Below, one piece after another: positions 13,376 to 26,100 of a stretch of 64,000 nt of DNA (positions are counted from its first letter, which is position 1; every line of letters starts with the position of its first letter). The notes under the pieces were generated by a model. The model searched no databases and was not told the DNA's origin. It saw nothing but the letters and a program-made list of their open reading frames with translations. The translations under genes and the position numbers were made by a program. The DNA is taken from the NCBI GenBank assembly GCA_036172245.1, contig JAYWIR010000006.1, forward strand, positions 1,364,001-1,428,000, in the 5' to 3' direction. The stretch comes from Raillietiella orientalis. Taxonomy: Eukaryota.

Positions 13376-14104
13376 AGAGCGACCAGGTGAAAAATACTAG
13401 TGTCTCCTATCAGCGATGCTCCATGTGCATCGTCGTCTCGGGAGATTCTCCCTAGAAGGAACAATGCAGGATCCCGAAAATTCTTTAGCAACAGGTCCGA
13501 GCGCCTCCAAGAGAGGGGACGGCAGCTGCCAACCGGCAGAGTGGGAGTTGCTCGGCCCCGCCCCCTGGCTAGAAACCACAAGATTCCTGGTAGGGTAGGC
13601 AGCAGCCTAGACTGCTGAGGAAGCCACTGTAAGCATGCAACTAAAGGAGCGCTGCCCTAGGCGGAGCACCCCCCAGAGTCACCATGGGTGAACTAGTAGT
13701 CGTCGTCCTCTCCCATTCTGATACTCTTCCTTCCGTACTGCACCGCAAAGAGCCACTCTCCTGAACTGAGGTCTCCAAGCGCCTACATTGCCTGATGAAG
13801 AGGGAGTGCTGTGTGAGGGATGGTCGAATCCCATCACCCATCAGTTGCTAGGTTTGGTGGTGTCCGCAGTCTGAGGTGGGGAGGTGTGTGTGTGTGGGGG
13901 GGGGGGGGTGACAGAGGCCCATTTCCACGCATCTGGATGGACGTCCCGTCCACGCCCGTCTCTGGCGCCTTGTGCTGCATCTGCAGCACCTAGCGCAGAG
14001 TGGGCTTGCGGAGAAACAACACCAGCAGCAGCGGAGCCAACATCCCGGTCTCTGCCTCCGCACTGCGGAAAAGTGACTTCAGCTGATCTGTCCACCAGCT
14101 AGGA

Positions 14105-14117
14105 AGGTCACTGACCA
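14105..14117. promoter_or_regulatory. IR-1 nuclear-receptor element (EcR/USP-type) AGGTCA c TGACCA
   Basis: 11 of 12 positions match the idealised IR-1 AGGTCA-n-TGACCT. Function is untested. Confidence 0.35.
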
Positions 14118-17100
14118 CTTCTCTCGAAAGTTGCCTGCCAGGGACATTGGTGAATCCTTCCAGAGATCCTTTCCTGTCCCCCTTCCCCCCTTTACTCCCT
14201 TGTTCATTTCTTCTTGTTTGCAGATAGCCTTCGCCTGCGTTGCGGCTCCAGGGCCTTCTACTCGCTCCCGACTGCGAGTCGGGAGGTACTCTCTCTCATT
14301 CTGCGAAGACCCCTGCAAGAACTCCTTCCCTTCCCTGGTGCTCATCCACTCACGTGAAGGAACGTGCCAGGGATGCCGGGTGGGGAAATGCAAGAGATGC
14401 TTCTAAGGATTCCTCATCCTGGAGCAGCCTACCGCAAGGAGTTTCCGTCCTCCTCAAGAGAAGAGGATGTCCCCAGAGCTTCTGAAAGGTCCTGCGAATT
14501 CGCGGCTGTTCCGTGGCAAAGACTGGAAGATGGTCGCTTTTTTCCGAACGGGGGGACAGGGGAGGGAGGGAGGCGAGGGTGCGCTGGGATCCGGTCTCCC
14601 GTCCGGCAGAATGGGGAATGAAAGGAAGAAAGATAAAGAGAGGAGCAGCGATGGCGCGGCGGCAAGCGCACGCGCGTGTTGCCGTGCCCCCGCGGAAGGC
14701 CGGTTGTCACGTCCGCGTTGGGTTCGCTCGCTGCAGCCCTTCGTCCCGTTCCCTTGGCCAGTCAAAAAGCGCATAAATAAATAAACAAGCGCTCCGCCGC
14801 CGGCGGCAGTAGTGCAGAGAGTTCTGCTGGCTGACTGCTCGCCGTGTTTCGCAGCGACGAGCTGCGCGCACGCCCAGCTGCTCCCCTCCGCCGTTTCGGT
14901 GATGCGCCAGTGTGGGCGTGACGCAGACCGCAGCAGCAAATTAAGCGAAGGTGCAGCAGCGGTAGGGAAAAGCGATCGACGCCCGCTCCGCTCTGTGGTG
15001 AGGTCATCGGGAGCTCGCGGGAACGCGTGGGAAGCTGCAAGAAGCGGAGAGCGTTCGGCCTCCGCCAAGTTCGTCGTCGGATCGCCTCCCCGAGTTTCCC
15101 GGACCCGAACCTGCACCCTCAGTCCGGTGGGGGGAAGGGGCTCTGCCTGGCGGCAGGACTCCCTTTCTCCCTCCCCCCAGGCACGAAGCGGATGAATGAA
15201 GGGAAAAGGCGACGACGCTTCGTCCTCCGGCGGGTTGCCTGGGTGATGACGAGTTCGCCCTCGGGACGACGCGGCGAAAGGGGTGGAAACGCGCGCGAGC
15301 GCACGTCCGTCCGTCCCTTAGGCACAGAGAGGGGACGGCAGAGCAAAGGTTGCCCCAGGCGAGAAGCCGCAGCTCTTGGCTGCTGTGTCCCGCGTGAGCG
15401 CGTTTCTCGAAGGAGGATCCGATGGCTGAGGAAACGAAAAACCCTCTCTGGACCCTATCGCCGGTGACTTCCTGATTGGAGCAGACGACCTGCTTCTTCC
15501 AGAGGTGCGGGAGCGGAGTCTCGGCGCGTGCGCCGGGCCACTCCCGAAACGCCCCTCATCTTCGTCCTTCCGAGCAAGCGCGCAGGGGGCAGGGCTAGAA
15601 AACAGCGGGGTTTTGGTTTCGGCTCCCCCTCCGCTCCCGCGCCAAAGGGAATGCCGGAGCGGAAGACTCGCCGGTCTCCCGGAAACGAACCGGACGCACC
15701 TCAGACGATCGAGCCAGTCCGGAGGGGAGAGCTCGCGGACTCTTCCCTCGAGGGAGGGGGCTCTCGAAAGACTCCTGAAGGAGAGTCCCGTCCGAGGATC
15801 CAGAGCGCGGTCATCCATACGCATCCTGCGCCTGGGCGGGCAGTTCAAAGCCAATCCGGCGCTAGTCGAATGGGAGGAAAAGGGAAAAAAAGAAAGAAAA
15901 AAGAAAAGGAAAAAAAAAAAAAGAAAGAAGAAAACTCGAAAACCAAAAGGAAAAAACATGGCACCGCAGACACACCAACCAACCAACCAACACACACACA
16001 CACGCGAGCGCATGCTGCCCGCTTAATTGCGGTTACGTGCGTTCGCCTGGGACGCGCGCGCGCATGTGCAGACAGGGGCGGTGTGTATTTTTAGTGCGCT
16101 CCTCGCGGCGGCGGCGGCGGCGGCGGCGGCGGGCGCAGCGGAGCCATGACTACGGAAGGTCGAGGTGCGAGCGCGCTTGCAATAAACGGAAAGATGCGTA
16201 GTTCGGACCCGCTGCTGCTGCCCCGGACCGAATGGATACAGTGGCGGTGGTCCCTCCACCACGAGAACGACGCTTCTTCTCCTCTACCCTCCCCCCCCCC
16301 CCTCTCCTCCTCCCTCCCTCCTCTTGTTTTCGTTTCGATGGAGCAGTCTACCGAGGGCGCGAGGTAGACGCATCGCCGTTGCTTTAGCAACGCGTACTCG
16401 CTACTGCATGGGCAGCTGCAGCCAGCCGGCTCCCTGCAGCCCCGTCCCCTCCCCCCTCGTCTCCTTCGTACGGAGGAGAGGGCGCGCTGGTTGGGAATTT
16501 CCTCACCGGCAAGAGCAGCAGCAGCGAAGCTGCTGAGGAGCAGCTGGCGTAGGTGCAGGACGGAGCAGGAAGAGGAGGAGGTCGGCAGCAGCAGCAGCGA
16601 CGGAGGAAGCAGGCGCGGGGAGCCGGAGAAGGAGGATTGGCAGCGTCTGCAACGATGTTGCCATCCACGGTGGGCCGGGAGAAAGAAGGAAAGGGAAAAC
16701 AAAAGAAACCACGAAGGTTGAGCCTCATCCGCTCCACCGTGGACACTTGGCTCCGGGTGGGTTGCAGCGCCCCGCCCGCGGACACGCGGAACGAAGAGGG
16801 TCGACGTCGTCAGGCTGCGCCAAGGGCTGGCAGCTCGCAAGGAGATCCCCTGGGCGGCCGGTTCATCGGATGCTGCCCGTTTTGCGGGTGCGTGGGCAGG
16901 GAGACCCTCGTCCAAGAGGACCTCCGAGGGGAGACGCTTCCCTCTGGAACAGCGGGGAGGCTCCACGGACCCTCAGCGGAGTCCTCCCGAGTCCAGAAGT
17001 GAAACGCCACCGGCGGAAGGGTTCCCGTTTCCTCCTACCCTCCCCCATCCTCCACCTCCCTTTCTTCGCTTCTTCCCCCTCACTATCATCTCCTCGACCA

Positions 17101-20100
17101 CCACCACCATCACCGCTGTCGCGCTCGCTGGCGTTCCGTACCTCCCCTCGTCTTCCCACCCAACCGTGGCCACTCTCCCGTCGCCCCTGGAGAACAGGCG
17201 CGCCCCTCCGCGTGGCTCCAGCGCCGGCCTCGCGGTGCCACTTCACGCCTAATGGCAGAAGAGCGATTGGGACGGACGAGGGATGCGCCCGGTGTGGGAG
17301 AGGCCTCTTCCGGCGGGGTAGATGCCCAGAACAACCGCTGGAGAGGTCCGAGGACGCGCAGGGGGCAAAGTCCTTCCCTCGGGCGCTTCCAGTTCCAATT
17401 TGACCTGCTCCTCCTCCTCACATTCCTCCCCGATGAGGCTCGGCCTCCTGGTCCCTTCGAAGGGACCAACTGTCTCCGCATCCTCACTCCGTCTCCCTGT
17501 GCACGGTCCGGCACTCGACCCGGCCGTCAGCGAGAGGTCGTAGGGGAGGCGGGAGGAAGGGGCCCGAACTAGGATCCCCCCGCGCGTTCCAAGACTGGGA
17601 TGACATCAGATCAGGAAGCCTCATCCTATCCTCAGGTTCTCAGGTGGATGCTGAGCCCGGGGATGAGGGGTGCTCCCCCCGCGGCGAGGCAGGGAGGGCC
17701 GCGGCAGCTGCCGGGGCACGCTTCCAGGGCACCCCGGCGGCACACGCGCGCGCGAGTGGCCAGAGCACGGGATTGACGTCGCCCCACCGAGGGAGGACTT
17801 CCGGCCCGCCGTGTCGCCCCACGGGCGTGCCCGAGGAGCGGAACCAGAGCGGGCTCTTCGAATGAGGGACGTTTCAACGGGGACTCCGGGGACGGAGCAG
17901 CGACGGACGGCCGCGCGCGCAGAACATGGGAGGGAGTGGTGGTGCGCGTGCAACCCAATCCTCCCCCTCCTCCCTCGTTTCGGCTACCACACCATCGCGC
18001 GCGTTGCGTGGAGACTGGCAGGGGAGGTGAAGGAGCGGGAGGAGGGGCAGGAGGGGGGTAGGAAGGGGGGCGCGCGCTGCCCTTTCTCTCCTCCTCCCGT
18101 TTCTCTTCTCCCGGCAGGGGAAGACGCGCGGCGCCCCGGCCGACATCGCGGGGGCGGAAGCAAGGAGTCCGCCGTCGCTCCCTTTCGCGGCCGGGAAGGG
18201 CCCTCTCGGACGGCCGTAATGCGGCGGCGGCTTTCCTGGGACCGCTCCAGAAGAACACTCCACCCCAGGAAACGCGCTCGCGAGGAGTCCCCCGGGGCAT
18301 GGGGCGTGCCCCTCCAGGCGAGCTCCGGGAAACATCCGCAGCAAATTCTGGGAGCAGCGACCCCGACCTCTTCTGTCCCGTCCTCGCCTTCTCTTGGGTA
18401 GCGCCCCCTGCTGACGGCAGCGACCCCACACGAGTTACTGCTGCTCTCTCTCCGGCGCGACTCTCCCGAGTCGAGTCGCAGTCGGCGGACGAGTCGACTC
18501 TGCGCCCCCGAACAGCACGTGGGCACAAAGGCGGGCCCGCCCTCGGAGTCCCGAAGGCTCCAGGCAGACAATCAGCTGCACGGACGTCGGATCGGACCTG
18601 TGACTTCGGGCGCTCCCCCCCCAGGAGAGGAGTGTCCCGAAGGGAGGTCCTCCTTCCCCCCCCCCCCCCACGGGCCGTCGTCGCTCGCCCACGGGGCGTC
18701 CGCCCAGAGCCGGGCTCAGGAAGCGGTGGCGACGGCGGAAGGCTTGCGCAACCCCCGGCGGCGACGGAGGCCGCGTCCGGGATCGGCGACCCCCGGCCGC
18801 CTTTCCTCCTCCTCCGGGAGATCGCGGGCGCCGATAACTCAGAAACCGGAAGGGCGCGGGCGCGCGCCTTCCACCCTCCCCCCTCCTTTCCCCTGCTGCT
18901 GCCCTCGCCCCGTCCCGGGGGAGGAGAGGGGGGGCGCGAGGCAATCCCACCGGGAAGGACGGAGGCGTTCCCAGGTCGATTCGGAACGGGACTGCGGCCC
19001 CGGGAGCTTCTCCCAGGAGTGCGGCATGCCGCCGGCCGGTCTCCCCCGGTTGACGCCCCAGGACAGAGGGGATGCGCACGGACGAGACGCGCGAAGCCCT
19101 CGCGTCAGCCCTCGCGCAGGCGGACGGCGGGCGCGCGCGCTACTGGTCTTTCGCAAAGCGCGCTGTCGCCACAGCAACGCGGCTCCCCTTCTCCGCCGCT
19201 GCGCCCTGCCTGCTCCTCCCCGCGTGCCGCGCCCGGCATCCTTCCTCTCTCGCACGCATCGCTCTCTCTTCCTCCTTCCCCCCCCCCCCCTTCCCTTTCC
19301 TTTCTGCCGCCTCACGCAACCACGGCCGCGGCGACGGTGCGCCACCGCCCGCCTGTCGGGAGGAATGCGCCGGACGGGCGTGAAGAAGCCATCTGCTCCA
19401 TCGACCAGCCGGTTGCAACGGCAAGGGGGTCGGGTCCCGTGTGGGGGAGGAGAAAGCCGAAATTCGGACTTCACCCACTGAGAGTTTGGTGCTTTTTTCC
19501 CCGTCCTCCTCCTTCTCCTCTTCCTCCGTCCTTCTCTCCTCCTTCATCCTGCTGCTTCCTTTTCCTCCTCCTCGTCCTTCCAATCTCACGGTCCGCTTTT
19601 CCTCTCACCCTCTCTCCTTTTCCGAATGGGCATCTCGCTGGACGCTGGCGTCTCCTTATCGGCGACCGATCGCTTCGTCTTCGCAATTCAATCGCACGCG
19701 CGTCGCCGCCCCTCCGGAAAAGAGTCGGCGCGGCGCGCGGCGCTTCCCGCGCGGCGAGTGGCGCGAGTCCCGGGTTGACGGGACGGGTGGAGGAGCTTCC
19801 GAAAAGCGCGAAGTCTGCGGCGGCCATGCTGCCGCTGCTCCTCTCCGCCTCCTCCTCCCCTCCACTCTCCGGGCCTTCTCCACCAGCGGCCCCGCACCGC
19901 CTCCTCACCCGTCTACGGAGAGCGCGAGCGAGTCTTTCCCGGGGCTGTCCCACCCGTCCGAGACCCGAGAGCGTCTGGCTCGCCCCTGCGGCGCCGCCGG
20001 ACCCCCTCGACTGGCTGCCGTCTGGTGCCGACACTCAAGCGACGTAGCGCGGAAATCGAGCGGGAAGGGGAGGGAGGGGAGGGGAGAGAAAGAGAAGAAG

Positions 20101-23100
20101 GAAAGAGAGGGAGATGTGTGTACGCGCGCGTGTGTACGTGTACCGTCAGTCTGCGTGTCGGAGGAGAAGCGCTCGGGGACGCGCGCGGAGACGCCGTCCG
20201 GAACTCGAGATCTCCCAACATCTTGCTCGCACGTGAAGCATCCCCGCGGCAGCAGCCAGCGTCTCCGAGGCAACGACGCAGGCGGGCGGGAGGGCGAGCG
20301 CCGTGTGCTTCGGGTTTCGAAACGCGCGAACGGGCGGCACTGGCGGCGGCGGCGGCGGATAACGCGTGGGTCCGTGGGGCGCGCGCGCGCGTCTTGGGGC
20401 GATTCACCGGCCCGCAGCACGGCCGGAATGGTTTTTAATTATCGTTTTAACGGAATCCTACCGATGGTTCTTTCGCGCGCCCGGCGGCGCCCGGCGCCAA
20501 TGCGCAAGGGCGGACGCAGGATTCATGCATGAAGAAGTACGGGTCCAGAGGCTGATTTACGATATATTTAATTTCAAGTCCCGCGTGCACGGATGTTTTG
20601 GTTTTTCTAAAAATAAGAAGTGTCGGGCGAAGTGCTTCTCGCGGAGGGGGGATGTGTTCCGCCCGCCGAGGCGCGCCCATCGCCCGCCGCAGCTGCGGCA
20701 CTGCTGCGATCGCGAGGGATGCGGCGGAGTCTGCGGTTTCCCGTCGAGGTCGCGATCTACGCCCTGGGATGTTCGCGCGCGATCGGGAGAGGAAGGGGAA
20801 GCGAGGAGGAACCCGGGTCTTCCAGCTGCCTCGGCGAGTCCTCTGCTGCCGCCGCCCCTCGCGCCTTCCTCCCTCCGCCGCCGAGGCGGGAAGAGGAGGA
20901 AGGAACCCGCCGCTGCTCCGCGCACGGGAGCTCCCCGACCCGGGCGGGAACCGCCGCCCAACGTCCCGCGCGGTCGGTTCTCCCGGAGCCCGTCCATCCG
21001 ACAGACGAACTCGCGGTCGAAGGAGGCTGCCGAAGCGGCTCCGCGTGGTCGAAGCCCTCCCCCCCTTCTCCTCCTCTTCCTCTCCCCTCCCTCCCTCCCT
21101 TCTCCCGCGCAACTTCCGGAGCGCAGATCCCGGCCATTCATCGCAGGAACGGGAGGCGAGCGCAGCTCCTCGAAAGCAGATAAGCATTTTAATTACTCCA
21201 CCAATGCGCTCGTAACGACGGTCATTTTCGGAGGTACCAATGGCCGCCGTAGCGCCACGGACTCTTCGCTCGACGCGAACACTTTCCGAGCTGCTGTTAT
21301 CTCGCGGGATGCTCTCTTTGATGATTTGCGGGAAGGAAGGAACAAATCCAATATGGTTTTTCCCTTCCTTCCTTTTTTCTTTCTTTTTTTTCCCCCGCTT
21401 TTGCCGCACATTGCTAAAGACGTTTCCCCCGTCTTCCTCCCGAGGAAGGAAGATGACCGAAATTCCACGCCGCCTCCCGCTTCATCCTTTCGTCCTTCGA
21501 GCCGAAATAACGGGGGGAGGGGAGGGGACGACGAAACCCTTCCGTTAGCCATTCGTCACGAGCAGCTCCCTCTGAGCTACCAATGGGAACTCTCAATGGG
21601 AGAAAATCAGATTCCCGGGACCGCCGGAGAAGCCCGGGCGGCGGCGGCGACCTTGTGCGTGTGTGTATGTGTGTGTGTGCGTGTGTGTGTGTACACGCGG
21701 CCGCGTGGAGCAGGCGGGCCACGTGACCGCCGCCGCTGCAGCGATCGAAAACGCGCCAAGATTCGTGCGCTCCCTTAATTGGTGGCGCGGTTCGGCCCCG
21801 AACCCCGGGCGCGCGGGGCTCGAGGTGGGAGCGCAGCCGTTCCCGCGCGGCGGGACGAAGACACGGCTCGGCGGAACGCGCATCCGCGCTTTGCTTCGCC
21901 TCGCAGACGACGCACGCAGGTAGGCAGAATACGCGCGCGTCCCGGAGTGCGCACGTCTGCTGGCACGCGCGCGCGACGATGCCCCCGCAGCAGCTGCAGC
22001 TCGAGGAAATTCCGGGAAGGGCGCGCCCTTCGAGGTTTCCCCGAGGACCCGCGTGGAGGCGCGGCAACAATGGGGAGCGCGTCCGGCGCTCAACATGGCG
22101 TCCGCTGCCGCGACGCGGAGACCGCGCCGTTGCCAAGGTGAGGCCGGGTAGCGCCGGAAGCGCGCGGGCCGTCAAGCGAGGGCACGCGGAGGCGTGCGCG
22201 GAGGTTCGACCAGGCGGGCGCACGCGCACGTCGGGGTGAGACGGCGCCAACGGCAGGGCGCGGATTTCCCCCGCCTGCCCGCGACGACGACGACGACGAC
22301 GATCGGTTTCTGGGGAACGGGCGGCGCGCGACGGGATGCCCGCGGGAAGTGCCTCCGCGTTCCGGAGGGAGGAGGAGGGCGGTAGGGAGCGAAAGGGAAA
22401 GGAAGGTGTTCGCATGCGTTCTCCCACGGAGACATGGGGGGAAGGGGAGAGAATGCGTGCGCGCGCGGGAGAGAGGACCGACGAGTGCGGCGGCGGTTTC
22501 AGCGCTCTCAGAGCGAAGGAGGCGACCACATCGCGGAGCGCGGTCGTGCGGGAGACGGAAGAGGGGAGGGAGCTCCCACGGGATGACGTAGGCGGCTCGC
22601 GGCAGGGAGCGCGCGTTCCCCGCGGCGTCCGCGTCCAGGGGACCCGAGGACGGGAAATTCAACCCCTCCGCCTCGCTTTGGCGCTCCGCGCACGCTGCGC
22701 ACACGTATTCGGCGAAGCGCAGGGAGGAGGGAGCCGCGCCAAGCGGGCGCGCATGCTAAAAAAAAAAAAAAGAAAAAAAAGAAAATGGCGGGATTGCGGC
22801 GAAGGGGGCGTCGCGAATCCGCCCGCGGGACGGAGCTCCTCCAGTGAACGGGCTTCCCTTGCGCTGCCCCCGCCAAGGCTGCCCCTTCGGGAGGGCCGCC
22901 GACCCCGGAGAGGCCGCCGTCGCGGGTCGCACGCTGCCTCCGGGCGCCCGATCGCCCGCGTGCACTCCCCAGCGTGGGGAGAAAGGGACGGAGGGAGAGA
23001 ACATGGGGGCGGAGGTGGGGTGGCGGCGTCGGCTGCGGGTCGGCTCCCCTCCCCTGACCCCTTAGCCCTCGCGAGCTCCCGCGGGGGCTCGACCCGCTTT

Positions 23101-26100
23101 TTCCTTTTTTTCTCTTTTTCCCCGTCCTTTTAGAACGGAGGGCTTAGGGTGGAGGCGCATGCGCGCGCGAGCAGGAAAAAGAGGAAGGGGGGGGAGGGGA
23201 GTGAGAGTCTCAGCCGCCTCCTGGCACCGGACGGATGGTGATGAATCAGTCGGCGTCTTCTCCCCGAGGTGATCGCGTTTTGATGACCACCGAGCGCCGG
23301 CACCGGCGAGAGAGAGAAGGGGGAGGAGAGCAGATCGACCGGGCCTCTGCGAGGTCACCGGGACCGACATCGCCGCGGGAGCCCTCCCCCCCTCCCTCCC
23401 CCCCACCGTCGACGGCATTCGCTCCTTTTGCAGTAGGCGCCCTGACACTGGAAGACGCGCGCGCCCGCATGAGGAGGGAGCGGCCGAGGGGATCGAAAGG
23501 CGGGGATGAGGGTAACGGAGGAGAACACCCACCACATACACACCCTCTGTCCTCAGCGACTCCTGACCTCTCCCTCCTCTCCTTCCTGTCCCTCCGGGAA
23601 CGAAGGCCACCGTCCGCAGAACGCACCTCCACTCAGGGAAGGGAAGAGGAGGGATGCGGATGCTGCTCTTCTCTTTTGCCTTTTTTTTTCCGTTTCGCGG
23701 GTGCGCGGGTGCGTGGTCTCCCCTCCCCTCTTTTTCTTCTTATGCAGGGCGGAAGGGAGAGAAAGGGGGGGGGGGTAACGAGAATCATCCGGGACGACTC
23801 CGCGGACCGGGAAGGGCAGCTGGCGCGCACGTCTCTCTCGCTTCTCCTCCCCTCCCCCCCTTCCTCCCGGCCGCCCCGAGCGCCCTCGTTGCTCTGCGCG
23901 CGACGGCGGCGGCGGCGGCGGCTCCGCTAGCCGAGTTCTTCGAACCCGCGCGCGCCTCGCTCCCTCCGTCTCCAAGGCGAAGCGGGAAGGAGAGGAGGGG
24001 GGGAAGGGAGGGAAGAGACGGCGGCAGCCGGCCGGCTGCTGCTGCTGCCTCCGCCGCCGCTCTTAACCCGGGGTAAACGAAGGGGAGCGCGCGTCGCCGC
24101 CGAACAAGTGGCTCCGCGAGACGGAGCCACTTGCGTTTCGCGCAGACCGTGCGCAGCGCGCGTGCGCACTGGGTGTTCCCAGGTTGCGGAGGGCGGTGCG
24201 GGGAGGAGGAGGGTCGGGGCCCACTGCCCGGCTGCGGAGGATCCGAGCGCGCCTCCGCGCCGCCCTCGGGCGCCCGCACCGTGTGCTTCGGCGGCGGCAG
24301 CGCAGCTGCCCGCCCCGCACCGCGCGACGCTGTTCTTCCCCCCCCCCCCTCCCCCCTTCCCAGTAGCAGCAGCGGCAGCAGCTTGGTCCGTTGCCAAGGG
24401 AAACCCGCCGGCTGGCCCGAGGGAGTGGAAGGAGGAGTGCGCAGGGGACTCCCCCCCCCACACACCTTTTCTGCGACCGAGGTCGCTCCACTCGAGCCCG
24501 CGTGCCGACGAGAGGGCGCAGGGGCGGCGGTGGTTCCCCAGCCCTCAGCATTGCGGGGGCAGGGAAGGGGAGACCCTGGGCGCCCTCCGGTGCTCCGGGA
24601 CGGGCCCCTCGGGGGAAGGGGAGTTCCGCTGCTCGTCGCCGCCGCCGCCGCGCGCGGGGCCCGTCCTACGGTCTCCGGAGAGCGGGCGTGCGCGCGCATC
24701 GCGGCGGCAGCCGGCGGGCTTTCGTGGGAGAGCCGTTCGTTCCTCTCACAGGAACGGGAAGCCGAGAAGAGCGCGAAGTTCCGGCGAGCGTTGCGGCGCT
24801 GACGCGTGGGGTCGCGCACAAGGCGCGCGCGCGCGGGAGGAAAAAGGGAAAACAAATACGACAGAATAAATAAATGGGGACGGGGAGAGGGGGGGGGGGG
24901 AGAGCGAGAGAGGTCGCTGCTGCTGCTGCTGCTGTTGCTGTGCGCGCAGGAAGCAGTCGGCACGCCACCGAAGCCCGCAGCCGTCTGTCCATTCGCTTTT
25001 CGAAGCGCTGCGTTCTGCGTGCCGACTCCGCGCGTAGTCGCTTGGCAACGCGCGCGCGCGCGCATCGGCGGACGTCCGCTCGCCGCGCTGCTGAGACGTT
25101 TCCGTCTTCCCAAGCTGCGGGCATCTTGCTGATGCTGATGATGACGAGGACCTGGTGCGAAATTCCCCCCCCCCTCCCCCGAGATCATGGATCGTCGTCC
25201 CTCTTCGTGCACCCGGGGCGGCGGCACGGAGATGGACGGGATCGATCCACTGCTCCTCTTCCCGAGTTCGTCTGCCCCCCCTCTCTTCTCTCCCTCCCTT
25301 CCCCCTCGCCCGGCCGCCCATTCCAGGCACCCGCTCGATCCCGGAGAGGGAGGGGGGAGGTCCCGGTCGCGCCGCCCGAGCTCGCGAAGACGACTCGCTC
25401 TCTGCCGAGCCGCCGCAGCGGCAGCAGCTCGGCTCCCGGCGCGCTGCAGCCCGCCCGTGCCGCTCTTGAGGGGAGAGGGGGGGGGGGGGGGAGAGAACCC
25501 GACCGTCGGCGGAGCACGCGCGCGCGCGCGCGCGACCTGGGATTCGACGAGGTGACTCATCTCGGCTGTTCGAACGGAAAGAAATCCTCAAATTCTTTTG
25601 TCCTTCACATTATCAGCGCAGGTCTTTTGAAACGTATTCCTTCTTTTTTTGTTCTTTCTTTCTTTCTTTCTCTCTTTCTTGTCTTCTCCCCCCCCCCCCT
25701 TCCCCTCCCCCCCGAATCCTTTTTCCACAACTCCATCAAAGCATCGGCGACCACGAGGCGATATGAGGGCGTCGTTATGCAACAGCGTTTTCGCCGTGCG
25801 AGCGATTTCTTTTCTTAAGTCGATTTAAAACGCGACCCTTCGCTATCTGGAAGTCCCCCCCCCCTCCTCCCTATCTGTCGGAGTGCGCGCGCGCGCGTCG
25901 CCGCTGTACGTACACACGCACACACGCGCCAGCCAGCCAGCGTACGGGAGCGGAGTGCCGCCGCTCCGCTCGGTGTCCGAAAGGGCGCGCGCGCCGTGCG
26001 CAGCGGTGGCGCGCGGTGTGCGTGAGTACGGCGTGCACCGCCCACCACCCCCAACTGGGGGGAGGAAGGAAAGAAGGGTAGGGGCGCGTGCCCAGGGATT

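Noticed and set aside
18299..20047. 582-aa + ORF, and similar long ORFs at 20366-21778, 23785-25560, 28286-30133 and 33403-35064
   Set aside because: They are Arg/Pro/Gly/Ala-rich, run through homopolymers and microsatellites, are open in several overlapping frames and contain no domain. This is expected from stop-codon scarcity at very high GC.
20146..23251. Inr-like TCAGTC motifs at 20146 and 23246 as distal TSSs
   Set aside because: There is no correctly spaced DPE or TATA, and the hexamer is too common to call without CAGE data.
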